NCBI GenBank assembly: GCA_963692915.1
Contig: OY843584.1
Location: 864,001 to 928,000, forward strand
Direction of reading: 5' to 3'
From: Cenarchaeum sp.
GTDB taxonomy: Archaea > Thermoproteota > Nitrososphaeria > Nitrososphaerales > Nitrosopumilaceae
DNA length: 64,000 nucleotides
Part shown: positions 37,796 to 47,654 of the stretch, in pieces
Layout of the letters: each line of letters begins with the position of its first letter
How positions within the stretch are numbered: the first letter of the stretch is position 1
Made by a program: the position numbers and the translations under genes
Notes under the pieces: model-generated
The model's database searches: none
Told to the model about the DNA's origin: nothing
What the model saw: only the letters and a program-made list of their open reading frames with translations

Positions 37796-38232
37796 CTTCG
37801 GCTAACTGCGATCGTTATCGTGGAGACGTTGCGCTGCTTGCCGTCAGTCGACTCGAGGGACTCGGAGCCGAGCGTGACGCTGTCTATCGTGTATTCGGCA
37901 TTGTCGCGCTTTCTCGATATGATCTGCGCCACGTCGACTGCCCTAGATATGCTCATTCCGCGCGCCTTTATCGTCACCGAGGGAACCTCGGCGAGCTGCA
38001 GCAGCGTGGATGTGACATATGCCATGAGCGGCTTTTTGCCGATAAAGACGGTGTCCTTTGATTCCGGCCCCCTCGGCCCGCGCCGCTCGCCTGACCCGCG
38101 ATCGGGTCGTGGCTGCTCGGTGCGTGGTGCCTCGGACTGGCCCTGTGCGGTCTGTGGAGCATCTGTTGGCGGGCTCGGCGGTGCGCCTGTTGGCGCATCA
38201 GTCGCCGGCGCGTCTCCTGCGTATGCTGTCAT
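37792..38232 (-). CDS. Alba DNA/RNA-binding protein with disordered N-terminal extension
   Basis: FIGKKPLMAYV, IKARGMSISRAVDVA, RNVSTITI. Confidence 0.92.
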   Translation of the reverse strand: MTAYAGDAPATDAPTGAPPSPPTDAPQTAQGQSEAPRTEQPRPDRGSGERRGPRGPESKDTVFIGKKPLMAYVTSTLLQLAEVPSVTIKARGMSISRAVDVAQIISRKRDNAEYTIDSVTLGSESLESTDGKQRNVSTITIAVSRS

Positions 38233-38291
38233 TGCCACACGCGCCCAAGCTCTATAATTTAAACCAAGATCGGGCACACAGCTATGGGGAG

Positions 38292-38368
38292 TGGTGGACC
38301 GGGTGGGATTTGAACCCACGATCTCACCCATGCCAAGGGCGTATCCTACCAGTCTAGACGACCGGCCC
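38292..38368 (-). tRNA. tRNA-Ala(GGC)
   Basis: GGGCCGG acceptor, CGCCC-TTGGCAT-GGGTG anticodon arm, TTCAAAT, ends ACCA. Confidence 0.95.
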
Positions 38369-38548
38369 ACGGGTCGGCAACGGCCGACCGTGCGCGGCGC
38401 GTGGCAAGTTGTCTAATTAAGGTTTCATGCAAGGGCGCAGGGGGCAGCACCCGGATCGCATACAGGCCTCACCTGCAACACCCTCCCAAATCCCCCACAC
38501 CTGTTAGATAGAATCTGGACAGATGCCTCAACGACTGGTGTGAAATCA

Positions 38549-38625
38549 TGGCGGGCCTGGTGGGATTCGAACCCACGACAACCGGATTAAAAGTCCGATG
38601 CGCTGCCTGGCTGCGCCACAGGCCC
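38549..38625 (-). tRNA. tRNA-Lys(UUU)
   Basis: GGGCCTG acceptor, TCGGA-CTTTTAA-TCCGG anticodon arm, TTCGAAT, ends GCCA. Confidence 0.95.
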
Positions 38626-38791
38626 ACTGCAGACGGCGGCGCGTGCCCTCTTAATTTAGCCTTTTGAGACCCCAGTAGTTGATCATGTGCCTGACTGTGC
38701 GCCGAGGATAGCCCCACATATCCATGGGGTCGTTTTGTGCCCGTCACGAGCACATGGCTAACTGCCAAATGGGTCACACTTAAAGGATGTA

Positions 38792-39325
38792 TTGATGCAA
38801 GGCGGCGCGGTGAATGCGCAAGTTGCACGCCACGAACTCGTGCTAGATGACAACAAAAAGACAGTAGAGTTCCTCCTAGAGGAGGCAGGAGACGACACGG
38901 AGAGGATAGCTGAGGTCAAGAAATGGGGGGAGAGGCGCGCAAGGAGGATTGGCATGCTGCGCCGCTTTGTCGGCCTTCTTGAAAAAAATGGCATCTTTGA
39001 GAGGCCTGATGGAAAGATGATGGGAATCATTGCAGAGTTTGCCACAACGCAGTGCCTTGCGATCGCCACAACGTATGGCCTCGACGGCATGGGATACACG
39101 TTCAACGACAGCGAGTCCGGCCCACTTTGCGCCGATCTGGGCATTGACCTCCAGGCCGTAGAGTCTGCGTCAGTAGACTCGCCCACGGGGCTCTTTGAGA
39201 GCCCCAAGAACGAGTCAGAGTTCCTGGAGAAAATCAAGGGCAAGGACATCTATGAGCTAGGCAGGATTGCCAGGCTGCTCGTCATCGACGAAGAAGATCG
39301 TATGATACCCCTGAATGCCGAATAG
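38792..39325 (+). CDS. Hypothetical protein, possibly divergent SocA/Panacea (DUF4065)-like
   Basis: QCLAIATTYGLDGMGYTFNDSESGPLCADLGIDL resembles the Q..Y.a...G..lgY.F.....GP....L..D pattern. Confidence 0.5.
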   Translation: MMQGGAVNAQVARHELVLDDNKKTVEFLLEEAGDDTERIAEVKKWGERRARRIGMLRRFVGLLEKNGIFERPDGKMMGIIAEFATTQCLAIATTYGLDGMGYTFNDSESGPLCADLGIDLQAVESASVDSPTGLFESPKNESEFLEKIKGKDIYELGRIARLLVIDEEDRMIPLNAE

Positions 39326-40116
39326 ATCGCAGGAACAGCGCACAAGTAATATCCACAGTCAACCTGTGTAGCGTGATTGTGCAGGGTGTCCTGAATCATG
39401 ATGAGAAAGGTCATGGAGTCCTCGGCACGCTTGCCGTGCGCCATGTGGCCGAGAGCATTGGCCTAGTAAGGGCACAGCATGGACACCTGCTCAGTGAATC
39501 AGGCAGATTTTTTGCAGAAAATATCCGAGACCTGGCATTGGCGGCTCTTGGCGAGGGCAGCTCGTGCAAAACGCCAACATTTTCCCGTCTGCGCCAAGCT
39601 CTTCGCAACCTCGGCAGCGAGATAATTAGCATAGACAGCCCTGAACTAGTGGAGCGCCGAAGACGCGCGTCAGGAACAAAAGACTAGCCCCTGCACTAAA
39701 ACCACACGCCACCTCTGTCTCCGACCTTTGCAGATGACGCAGGGCGCCATCACTTTCAGGCACATATCATGTAAATCAGGCCCGAGGCATATGCCCAGAA
39801 AGACCGTGCGAGCACCCCGGATTCCGGCCTCACACATGCAATTACAGTTGAGCACATGCCTGACAGGATGGCCAGCCAGGGAGCTTCCGGGGATTTACGA
39901 GCCCGTCGCGCCTCAGGCGATTCCCTTTCCGAAACAAGCGGGCTGCCCCGGGTCATCCCCCAATCGGCCTGTTTGCATTTTAGGCGGATCCGAGGGCCGT
40001 CTTGTGTCCGCCCCGAGCACATGACCAACTAATTCCAGTGCCCGCGTATGCGCGAGGCAGATCCGGGATACGGTTAAAGCGCGCCTGCTTGCGGCGCCGC
40101 AGCGCAGGTGGGCAGG

Positions 40117-40368
40117 ATGGCAGGCACACAAGGCGCCGACGGGCACGGCAAGATCACAAAGGAGGACAAGGAGCGCGTTGCGCTCCTCAGGGTCGTAGCC
40201 GCCGAGGGCATGGACGCCCTAGACGGCGCGCAGCTCGAGCGCCTGCAGGAGCTAGTCGAGAAGAAGGACTATACGCACAGCAAAAAGGGCCAAAAGTCAA
40301 AGCTAAGGCTGCTCGCAAAGATCAACGTGGCCATATACGAGCGTGCCGAGGGCAGGCAGGGCATATAG
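40117..40368 (+). CDS. Small hypothetical protein
   Basis: Host-like codon usage, helical charged sequence, GTTAAA upstream. Confidence 0.6.
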   Translation: MAGTQGADGHGKITKEDKERVALLRVVAAEGMDALDGAQLERLQELVEKKDYTHSKKGQKSKLRLLAKINVAIYERAEGRQGI

Positions 40369-40431
40369 GCCCACATTAGTGCGGGCTAACTTTCATTTAC
40401 TTTATTTGCCGCCATGGTCACGTGGCACGCC

Positions 40432-41070
40432 ATGAGTGCATGGGGGCGCTTTTGGGGATGGTACGAGAGCAAGATACTCGGCAGCGTGATAATAATCGCG
40501 ATAATACAGTTCATCCAGATACCCCACATGGTCTGGAACGCCGACCTCTACCTTGGCCTCGGAGTCGTCAGCAAGGTTCACCCAATAATCGACTGGCTCC
40601 TCTATGGCGTCGACCTGATCGAGATCGTCTCGATCATCAACGTCGGCATGATAATGTACAGCCTCATGAAAAAGAGGCGCGCCAGGGGCGACAAGGCTAT
40701 AACACCAGAGACTTCGGCGAACGCCGTGAAGCAGGTCATAGTCGTGCGGACCGACCTAGAGATGGGCAAGGGCAAGATTGCCGCCCAGGTCGGCCACGCG
40801 TGCGTCATGTGCGCGCTGCGCACAAAGTCGTCCAATCCGGACTGGTTCAAGGAATGGCAGTCCTCACAGGCAAAGGTAGTCCTGCGCGTCAACAGCCTGT
40901 CTGACCTCGAGGAGGTATGGCGCAGCGCCGCAGCCGAGAACCTCCCTTGGGACAAAGTGAGCGACGCGGGCCTCACGCAGCTAGAGCCGGGAACCGTCAC
41001 GTGCGTTGCGATAGGTCCGGCGCCAGAGAACCTCATCGACAAGGTGACAGGCAAGCTCCACCTCCTCTAG
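40432..41070 (+). CDS. pth2: Membrane protein fused in frame to peptidyl-tRNA hydrolase Pth2 (Pth2 domain 40726-41070)
   Basis: KQVIVVRTDLEMGKGKIAAQVGHA, QAKVVL, DAGLTQLEPG, IGPAP...IDKVTGKLHLL; N-terminal ~95 aa with two TM segments. Confidence 0.88.
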   Translation: MSAWGRFWGWYESKILGSVIIIAIIQFIQIPHMVWNADLYLGLGVVSKVHPIIDWLLYGVDLIEIVSIINVGMIMYSLMKKRRARGDKAITPETSANAVKQVIVVRTDLEMGKGKIAAQVGHACVMCALRTKSSNPDWFKEWQSSQAKVVLRVNSLSDLEEVWRSAAAENLPWDKVSDAGLTQLEPGTVTCVAIGPAPENLIDKVTGKLHLL

Positions 41071-41229
41071 CGCACTAGCTCGCCAATTCCACCCCGCCTC
41101 ATCAATTCCCGTCTAGGCATTGGCCTGCATGGGCGGATGGCCGCATGGACCACACCCCACTAGAGATATAACGAGGATCCTTGGCCGATGCGGCGTGAAT
41201 GGGCGCGCGTCAGCACGGGTGCGGCACGA

Positions 41230-43200
41230 ATGAACCGCCGCATGAGGGGAAAGGGCGGCAAGTCGCGCCTGACCCTGAGCAAGAGCAAAAAGGCCTGGCT
41301 CGCCTTTGCCTTTTTTGGCGGAATAATGCTCACATCCACAGTCGTCATCGGCATACCGGGCATACTCCCGCAACAGCAGGTCACCATAACGAACACGCCG
41401 CAGGACCGCTTTGCCGACGTTGACCGGCCGGCCCAGTGCGGCACGCCGGGTGCGGGCTCCACGCCATACGTGCAAGAGTACGAGATAACTCGGCCGTGCA
41501 CAAAACCGCTTGCGATTACCACTGATGATGAAGGCAACGTCTGGTTTACGCAGACAAACACTGGAAACCTAGCAATGTTTGATCCCGAGACTTCCGAGTT
41601 CTTTGAGTACTATAACCCGTCATGGCCACAGGCCGACTCGATGATGTGGGGCATCGAGCACTATGAGGACGGCAGCATCTGGTATACCGAGGATCGCCTA
41701 AACTCGGTCTGGAAGTACATTGTGGACGAGGGCGCATACCTCAATGTCAGGTATGGCGAGGGAGACGACACGTTCCCGCACAGGATAACAGAGTTGGGAA
41801 CACAGCTCGTCATTAACGACTATACCGGCGGCCGCATCAGCTTTTTCAATCCCACTCCCGGCTCCAACGATCTGGGCTACTGGACCCTTGATGCGCCCAA
41901 CCGCCTCGGCATAACGAGCGAGGTCGACTTTGACTCGTCCTTTGACATGTGGTACACAAACTGGGAGAACGGCGAGGGTGGCACGCTCGTGCGCTTTGAT
42001 GTCGGCGACTATTACGACGCGTTCAACAGCCTGCCTGACAACAGCACGGACATCGACATAGATGCCGACGACTATGTCGTGACCTTTGAGCTCCCCGAGG
42101 GGGCACCGACGATCAACGGAGTCGCAGTCGACAGGTTTGACCGCATATGGCTGTCAGACACGAACAGCAGCAACCTCTACAGGTTTGACACGTCCTCTGA
42201 AGAGTACACAAAGTACACGACGCTGCGGCCGCGCGTGGCCTCGTACGGAAACGCCTCAGGCGCGATTATAGAGCCAATAAGCAGGCCATACTTTGCGGAC
42301 ACCGATGACCTTGGCAGGATCATATTCAACGAGCAGGCAAGCAACCGCATGGCCGTCCTCGACCCGTTCACCGAGAGGCTTGTAGAGTATACGATACCCT
42401 CGAGGAACCCAAACTGGGCCGACTGCGAGGAGGACGACTATGGGTGCGGGATCGCGCAGGTCCTGGGCTTTGACTCTGACGGGGACAAGATATGGTTCAC
42501 CGAGTGGGTCGAGAACAACATTGGAGTCATCGACACGTCGATCGAGCTGCCCTATGAGGTCGAGCTCGAGCCGCAGACAGTCACGATGGGCGCAAACGCC
42601 ACCGAGTCAGTCATCTTGCGCGTCACGATGAACGGGACGGCAGGGGCAGGCCTCAGCCTAGAGATGTCAAGCACTGCCGGCATCTTTGGCGTCGACGTCG
42701 AGGCCGAGGCCGTTGACCTGCACGACATCCTCGGCATTGACGTCGAGGGCGAGCCTGCAGAGCTGCCCGTCAATGCGACAGCCGACATTGCCGTCGAGGT
42801 TCGCGCCGAGGAGGCCAGGGCCGGCACGCACAAGGTGGCCCTCGGGGTGGCCGATGACGACGTTGCAGTCACGAGATACCTGACCATAGTCATCGAGGGC
42901 GAGGATGACGCAACTGCTGCCGGAGAGCCCCTTGAGATAGTCGTCGGCGAGCCCGGGGATGGCGAGGGGGCCGGAGAGCCCCTTGAGATAGTCGTCGGCG
43001 AGCCCGGGGTCGAGGAGGGCACCGGCGAGCCGATCGAGATAGTCGTCGGCGAGCCCGGGGTCGAGGAGGGCACCGGAGAGCCGATCGAGATAGTCGTCGG
43101 CGAGCCCGGAGAGACCGCCGCCGGAGAGTCGATCGAGATAGTCGTGGAGCCGCAGGGCGGAGACGACGCGCCTGAGGGCAGCGATGCGGACTCGCCGTGA
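41230..43200 (+). CDS. Membrane-anchored Vgb-like beta-propeller protein with acidic C-terminal repeats
   Basis: N-terminal TM; repeated D..G.(V/I)W(F/Y)T blades; five 17-aa GEP(L/I)EIVVGEPG units. Confidence 0.82.
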   Translation: MNRRMRGKGGKSRLTLSKSKKAWLAFAFFGGIMLTSTVVIGIPGILPQQQVTITNTPQDRFADVDRPAQCGTPGAGSTPYVQEYEITRPCTKPLAITTDDEGNVWFTQTNTGNLAMFDPETSEFFEYYNPSWPQADSMMWGIEHYEDGSIWYTEDRLNSVWKYIVDEGAYLNVRYGEGDDTFPHRITELGTQLVINDYTGGRISFFNPTPGSNDLGYWTLDAPNRLGITSEVDFDSSFDMWYTNWENGEGGTLVRFDVGDYYDAFNSLPDNSTDIDIDADDYVVTFELPEGAPTINGVAVDRFDRIWLSDTNSSNLYRFDTSSEEYTKYTTLRPRVASYGNASGAIIEPISRPYFADTDDLGRIIFNEQASNRMAVLDPFTERLVEYTIPSRNPNWADCEEDDYGCGIAQVLGFDSDGDKIWFTEWVENNIGVIDTSIELPYEVELEPQTVTMGANATESVILRVTMNGTAGAGLSLEMSSTAGIFGVDVEAEAVDLHDILGIDVEGEPAELPVNATADIAVEVRAEEARAGTHKVALGVADDDVAVTRYLTIVIEGEDDATAAGEPLEIVVGEPGDGEGAGEPLEIVVGEPGVEEGTGEPIEIVVGEPGVEEGTGEPIEIVVGEPGETAAGESIEIVVEPQGGDDAPEGSDADSP

Positions 43201-44396
43201 CGCCCGGAATTGACAAGGACATTGGAATCACCGTTTATGCGACATCCTTTGCCGGATGCGGCGGGACGATAAAGGGGGCCGTCGGCGACTTTGCCGTAAG
43301 CGAGGTCCTCTCAGACACGTCATTGGCGGCCATTGGCGCCGAGTCTGGCTATGCCGTGTACGTCATGAGAAAGGCCGGAGTCGACACGCCGCACGCGCTC
43401 CAGAGGATGCGCCGCGCGACGGGAATAAAGCTAAAGGCGCTGGGCCTCAAGGACGCGCGCGCGACGACAGAGCAGTACGTGTGCGCAACGTCAAAGTCTG
43501 CGCGCCTCGCCGAGTACGCAGACGGCGAGGTCTCACTCTCCCCCGTCGGGTATGCGCCACGCCCGCTTAGCGCAAGGGACATGGTCGGCAACTCTTTTGC
43601 CATAGAGGTTCGCGGGCATGACGGAACCCTCGGGGAGTTTTCAGAGTGGGATGACGTGCCCAACTTTTACGCATACCAGAGGTTTGGCTCGGCGCACACT
43701 GTCACCCATGTCATAGGGCGCGCCATGGTGGCCGGCGACTGGAAGCGCGCAGCAGAGGCCATACTGCATTTCGAGTCGCCGCACGGCATCGGCAAGGACG
43801 CCGAGCGGCGGCGCAGGATCGCCGAGTGCTCCACATACGACGAGATGATCCGCGAGATGCCGCGAGGCATGGACATCGAGCGCGGGGTCGCATCCTCCCT
43901 TGCGCGCGGAGGCGACGAGCTTGGGGCGATTCGGACCATACCAGTCGGGATCAGGCGCCTCTACGTGCAGGCATACCAGTCATACATCTTTAATCGCGCG
44001 CTCTCTGAGGCAATAGGGCGCGGCGAGGGCCTCACCGCGCAAGAAGGGGATGTCTGCTATGGCAAGGACGGGAGGCTTGGCCGATGTGGCGCAGTAGACG
44101 GTCCGGCCCTCGCGCTGCCCCTCATGGGCCACTCTTACTATGCAAAGACGAGGTTTGCCGATATCGTCGCAGAAATCATGCGCGAGGAGGGCGCCTCGCC
44201 GAGGGACTTTGCGGTGCCAGACATGCGCGAGGCCGCCGCCGAGGGCGGCTTTCGGACCGCGATGATGCTCCCGCGCGAGGCGTCTGCCGACGGGGGAACC
44301 GTTCGCCTCACGCTGCGGCGCGGCTCGTACGCCACGGCCATCATGCGCGAGGTCATAAAGCCGCAAGATCCCGTGGCCGCAGGCCTAGCGGCCTAA
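43197..44396 (+). CDS. truD: tRNA pseudouridine(13) synthase
   Basis: GLKDARATTEQY, PNFYAYQRFG, AYQSYIFN, LRRGSYATAIMRE. Confidence 0.95.
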   Translation: MTPGIDKDIGITVYATSFAGCGGTIKGAVGDFAVSEVLSDTSLAAIGAESGYAVYVMRKAGVDTPHALQRMRRATGIKLKALGLKDARATTEQYVCATSKSARLAEYADGEVSLSPVGYAPRPLSARDMVGNSFAIEVRGHDGTLGEFSEWDDVPNFYAYQRFGSAHTVTHVIGRAMVAGDWKRAAEAILHFESPHGIGKDAERRRRIAECSTYDEMIREMPRGMDIERGVASSLARGGDELGAIRTIPVGIRRLYVQAYQSYIFNRALSEAIGRGEGLTAQEGDVCYGKDGRLGRCGAVDGPALALPLMGHSYYAKTRFADIVAEIMREEGASPRDFAVPDMREAAAEGGFRTAMMLPREASADGGTVRLTLRRGSYATAIMREVIKPQDPVAAGLAA

Positions 44397-44466
44397 AGAC
44401 AATAGACAAGCTTGACAAATGATTTGCCGTCTCGGCCTTTAATCGCGTCCTGCGAGCGTCTAGCCG

Positions 44467-45156
44467 ATGGCCACGTCATGGGAGGGGCACGCGCCACGCG
44501 AGGGCATAATGGGCCACACGAACCTAGTCCTGTTTGTCGCCGCCGTCACTAGCTCGATAGTCGCGTTTCTCACGTTCCACCCCATAATCAACGCGCTCAA
44601 CGCCGAGTCGTCTGCTGTCATTGCGGCAATGTTTGTCCCAGTGATGGCCATAGGGTTCGTCTATGGCATGAGAATGACCGAGCGGGCCATGCGCGGGGAT
44701 CCCGGAGGCAGCCCGCTGTGGCGCACGATAACAAAGGTGTTCCTGTTCGTCTTTGTCATGGGCGGCATATTCAGCTCGGTCAACTTTGCGATAAACGGCG
44801 GAAGTGTCCCATCCGTCACGACCATACTTGATAATGGCCTAGTGGAGTGGGCCGGCGAGTTTGTCAGCGCAAACGGCGGTGTCGTGTTCCTGATAATCTC
44901 AAGTGTGACCATAATGGCCTCAGCGACGAGGAGAATCGTAAAGCTTGGCGGCAGGCTCAACATGATCTTTACGTTCGTCGGCACGTTCACCTTTGTCATG
45001 ATGCTCGCAGTAAGCCTCACACAGGGAAGCCTGTCTGACAGCGAAGTCTATCTCTATACGTTCTACCAGGCCGGAGTCGTAGGCGGCGCGTTCTTTGAGA
45101 TGAACCGCCTCACAAAAAAGCAAAACTATTGGGAAGACTATCTCAACGGCTACTAG
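44467..45156 (+). CDS. Hypothetical polytopic membrane protein
   Basis: About six TM segments. Confidence 0.72.
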   Translation: MATSWEGHAPREGIMGHTNLVLFVAAVTSSIVAFLTFHPIINALNAESSAVIAAMFVPVMAIGFVYGMRMTERAMRGDPGGSPLWRTITKVFLFVFVMGGIFSSVNFAINGGSVPSVTTILDNGLVEWAGEFVSANGGVVFLIISSVTIMASATRRIVKLGGRLNMIFTFVGTFTFVMMLAVSLTQGSLSDSEVYLYTFYQAGVVGGAFFEMNRLTKKQNYWEDYLNGY

Positions 45157-45506
45157 TAGAGTCCGGCATACTTGGCGCACTCGGCGCTAGTAGAGTCGCG
45201 CTCTGAGCGGCATTCCTCAAATATCTCAGACTCGACCCACGTCGTGTAGCGCTTGCACTCGGGGCTCTCGAGGTCGCCTTCGGCAACGCAGCGCTCAAAG
45301 GTCACAAACGGCATGTACTTTTCGCACCCCTCGCCAAATTCTGACTCGACACACCCCTCATAGTGTGCCGTCTGTGCGCGCTGTATCTGGTCCGCATAGA
45401 GAACCTCCTCGCCGATCGACAGGTGAAGTATGCCAATGACTGCAAGCGAGGCGGCAACTAGAACCATAGAGTATCCCACCTTTGCGTGGTGTCGCGGCTC
45501 GGCCAA
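45153..45506 (-). CDS. Small membrane-anchored Cys-repeat protein
   Basis: One TM then three (F/Y)ExC...ECx(K/R)Y-like repeats. Confidence 0.7.
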   Translation of the reverse strand: MAEPRHHAKVGYSMVLVAASLAVIGILHLSIGEEVLYADQIQRAQTAHYEGCVESEFGEGCEKYMPFVTFERCVAEGDLESPECKRYTTWVESEIFEECRSERDSTSAECAKYAGLY

Positions 45507-45656
45507 CCTGCGCGCGCGGCTCGCAGAGCCGGATTTAACCCTTTCAGGATTGCCGGCAGCCCAACACGAAACGCGTGGCGGCCACTAGAGCAGGGCCCCA
45601 CAGGCCAATCCCGTCGTTCGCGCCACAGATAAATAATGTAGAATCCGCGTTGCCGC

Positions 45657-46556
45657 GTGAACAAACTTGCGATACTCTGCTTGATGGTGGCAATTCCCGT
45701 TGCCGCAGCGGGCGCACAGTCTGACATACCCGAATGGGTAAAGAGCAACGCCGGATGGTGGGCCGACGGCTCGATAGATGACGCAACGTTCGTCGGGGGC
45801 ATCGAGTTTCTCATCGGCGAGGGCATCATAGAGGTGCCGCCAACTAGCGCCGAGGGAGACGGAGGCGACTCGATACCCGCATGGATAAAGAACAACGCCG
45901 GATGGTGGGCCGACGGCTCGATAGATGACGCAACGTTCGTCGGTGCGCTGCAGTTTCTCATGGAAAAGGGCATCATCACCGTGGGCGCCCAGGATGATGC
46001 CAAAGTCGTAGACAGTGTGGGCGCGGGCATGTCCGATGGCACGGCAGACGCCCTAGAGGCCGAGCTAGAGGCGTGCGAGGAGATCAAGAGGGCACGCGAT
46101 CGCCTAGACTGCAGGAACGAGATCGAGCACAAGATACTAGTAGAGTGGTACAAGGCAAACTCGGATGTGTATGAGGTCGGGCCAATAACGTACTATTATC
46201 CCGGACTCGGAACCGACGGCAACTCGTTTTACATGCAGGGAAGCCAGCCCATACTCGACATCACGATGCTGGCCATAAACGCGCGCGGGGCCGACAATGT
46301 CGCGCTCTCGTGCACGAGCCCGTCGATCTGCAGCTATGACGTGCATGACGGAGCACGTGCGTTCAAGTACACGTCGACTGACTTTACGAGCGGCCAGCAC
46401 GTGATCAGGCCGGGCGAGGCGCGCGAGTTTAACATACTCTTTGGGCCGAACATCGGATATGGCGGAACGCAGTTAGAGTATGACGCCTCAAAGTCGTACA
46501 CGTTCAGGATAGACGAGTCGTTCGGGAGCGCCGACGTTTCACTAGACCTGCAATAG
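45657..46556 (+). CDS. Secreted protein with thaumarchaeal IPxW(V/I)KxNAGWW repeats
   Basis: Signal peptide; two near-identical NAGWWADGSIDDATFV units. Confidence 0.82.
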   Translation: MNKLAILCLMVAIPVAAAGAQSDIPEWVKSNAGWWADGSIDDATFVGGIEFLIGEGIIEVPPTSAEGDGGDSIPAWIKNNAGWWADGSIDDATFVGALQFLMEKGIITVGAQDDAKVVDSVGAGMSDGTADALEAELEACEEIKRARDRLDCRNEIEHKILVEWYKANSDVYEVGPITYYYPGLGTDGNSFYMQGSQPILDITMLAINARGADNVALSCTSPSICSYDVHDGARAFKYTSTDFTSGQHVIRPGEAREFNILFGPNIGYGGTQLEYDASKSYTFRIDESFGSADVSLDLQ

Positions 46557-46611
46557 GCGCATTCTGCGGCCTAACAAGCTATTTTAAGCAAAGAACTGCG
46601 CGCCCGCATGG

Positions 46612-46712
46612 GCTCCAGTGGTGTAGACCGGTCAAGCATATCGCCCTTTCAAGGCGATGATCTCGGGTTCAAATTCCACGGCGTGTGGGTGAAAGTCCCG
46701 ACTGGAGCACCA
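46612..46712 (+). tRNA. tRNA-Glu(UUC) with 22-nt intron at position 59/60 (46674-46695)
   Basis: GCTCCAG/CTGGAGC acceptor, TCGCC-CTTTCAA-GGCGA; T-arm GGG TTCA AAT TCCAC..GTGGG TGAA AGT CCC forms a bulge-helix-bulge; TTTTAA upstream. Confidence 0.92.
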
Positions 46713-46817
46713 ACCACACCACTGTCAGCGGCGGTTCTTGCGGCGATCACAGTCCCCACGCTAGTCTTAAATCACGGCCGGCGTGGCGCCTGACGCATGG
46801 GGTCAGGCAGCGCGAGC

Positions 46818-47654
46818 ATGGAGGCAAACCCCCTCCTTGGAACATATGGCACGCACATTGAGAGGATCAATGCGGCCCTTGATGCCGAGATTCAAATGTA
46901 CGCCGAGTCCGAGTTTGCCGCACCGCTGCGCTATGCCATACGTGACGGAAAGCGCATCCGGCCCCTCATACTCGTGCTCGCCGCCGAGTGCGTCGGGCGC
47001 GTCGACGATAATGCGTACACGGCCTCGTGTGCCGTAGAGTTCCTGCACACAGAGTCAGTCATACATGACGACATTATCGACAACGAGTCGCAGCGCAGGT
47101 CACTAGACCCATTTCACATAAAGTACGGGTACAACACGGCCATACTCACGGGCGACTTTGTGCTCGGCATGATACTAAACATGTCATCAAAGATAGGAAA
47201 CTCGCGAATCACGCGCGACCTGGCAACGACGGCGATGCTCATGAGCGAGGGCGAGGTCCTCGAGGGCACGCTTGCAACCGTGGCCGACATCACGTTTGAT
47301 GACTATGTCAAGGTGATAAGCTTCAAGACGGCAACGGCGTTTGAGGCCGCCGCGCGGATCGGCGCACTCACTGCAGGGGGGGATGAGACACAGGTCGCGG
47401 CCCTCACCGAGTACGGGCGCAGCATCGGGATCGCGTATCAGATACGCGATGACCTAGCAGACTGGAACAATGAGGAAAAGATATTCAACGCGCTCATAAA
47501 AAAGTGCCCTGATCCACGCGGCGCATTTGACAGGATGGAGACGATGCTAGGCGAGTACGCGCAAAAGGCGCGCGCCGCACTCGAGTCCCTTCCGGCCGGC
47601 GAGGCCAGGGACGGCCTAGCAGGCCTAGTCGACTTTACTGCGCTCAAGGCATGA
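46818..47654 (+). CDS. Polyprenyl (GGPP) synthase
   Basis: GKRIRP, IHDDIID, KTA, YQIRDD. Confidence 0.92.
   Translation: MEANPLLGTYGTHIERINAALDAEIQMYAESEFAAPLRYAIRDGKRIRPLILVLAAECVGRVDDNAYTASCAVEFLHTESVIHDDIIDNESQRRSLDPFHIKYGYNTAILTGDFVLGMILNMSSKIGNSRITRDLATTAMLMSEGEVLEGTLATVADITFDDYVKVISFKTATAFEAAARIGALTAGGDETQVAALTEYGRSIGIAYQIRDDLADWNNEEKIFNALIKKCPDPRGAFDRMETMLGEYAQKARAALESLPAGEARDGLAGLVDFTALKA

Noticed and set aside
38292-40100. Element integrated at tRNA-Ala or tRNA-Lys
   Set aside because: No duplicated tRNA 3' end or integrase seen, and the accessory ORFs lie on the tRNA 5' side.
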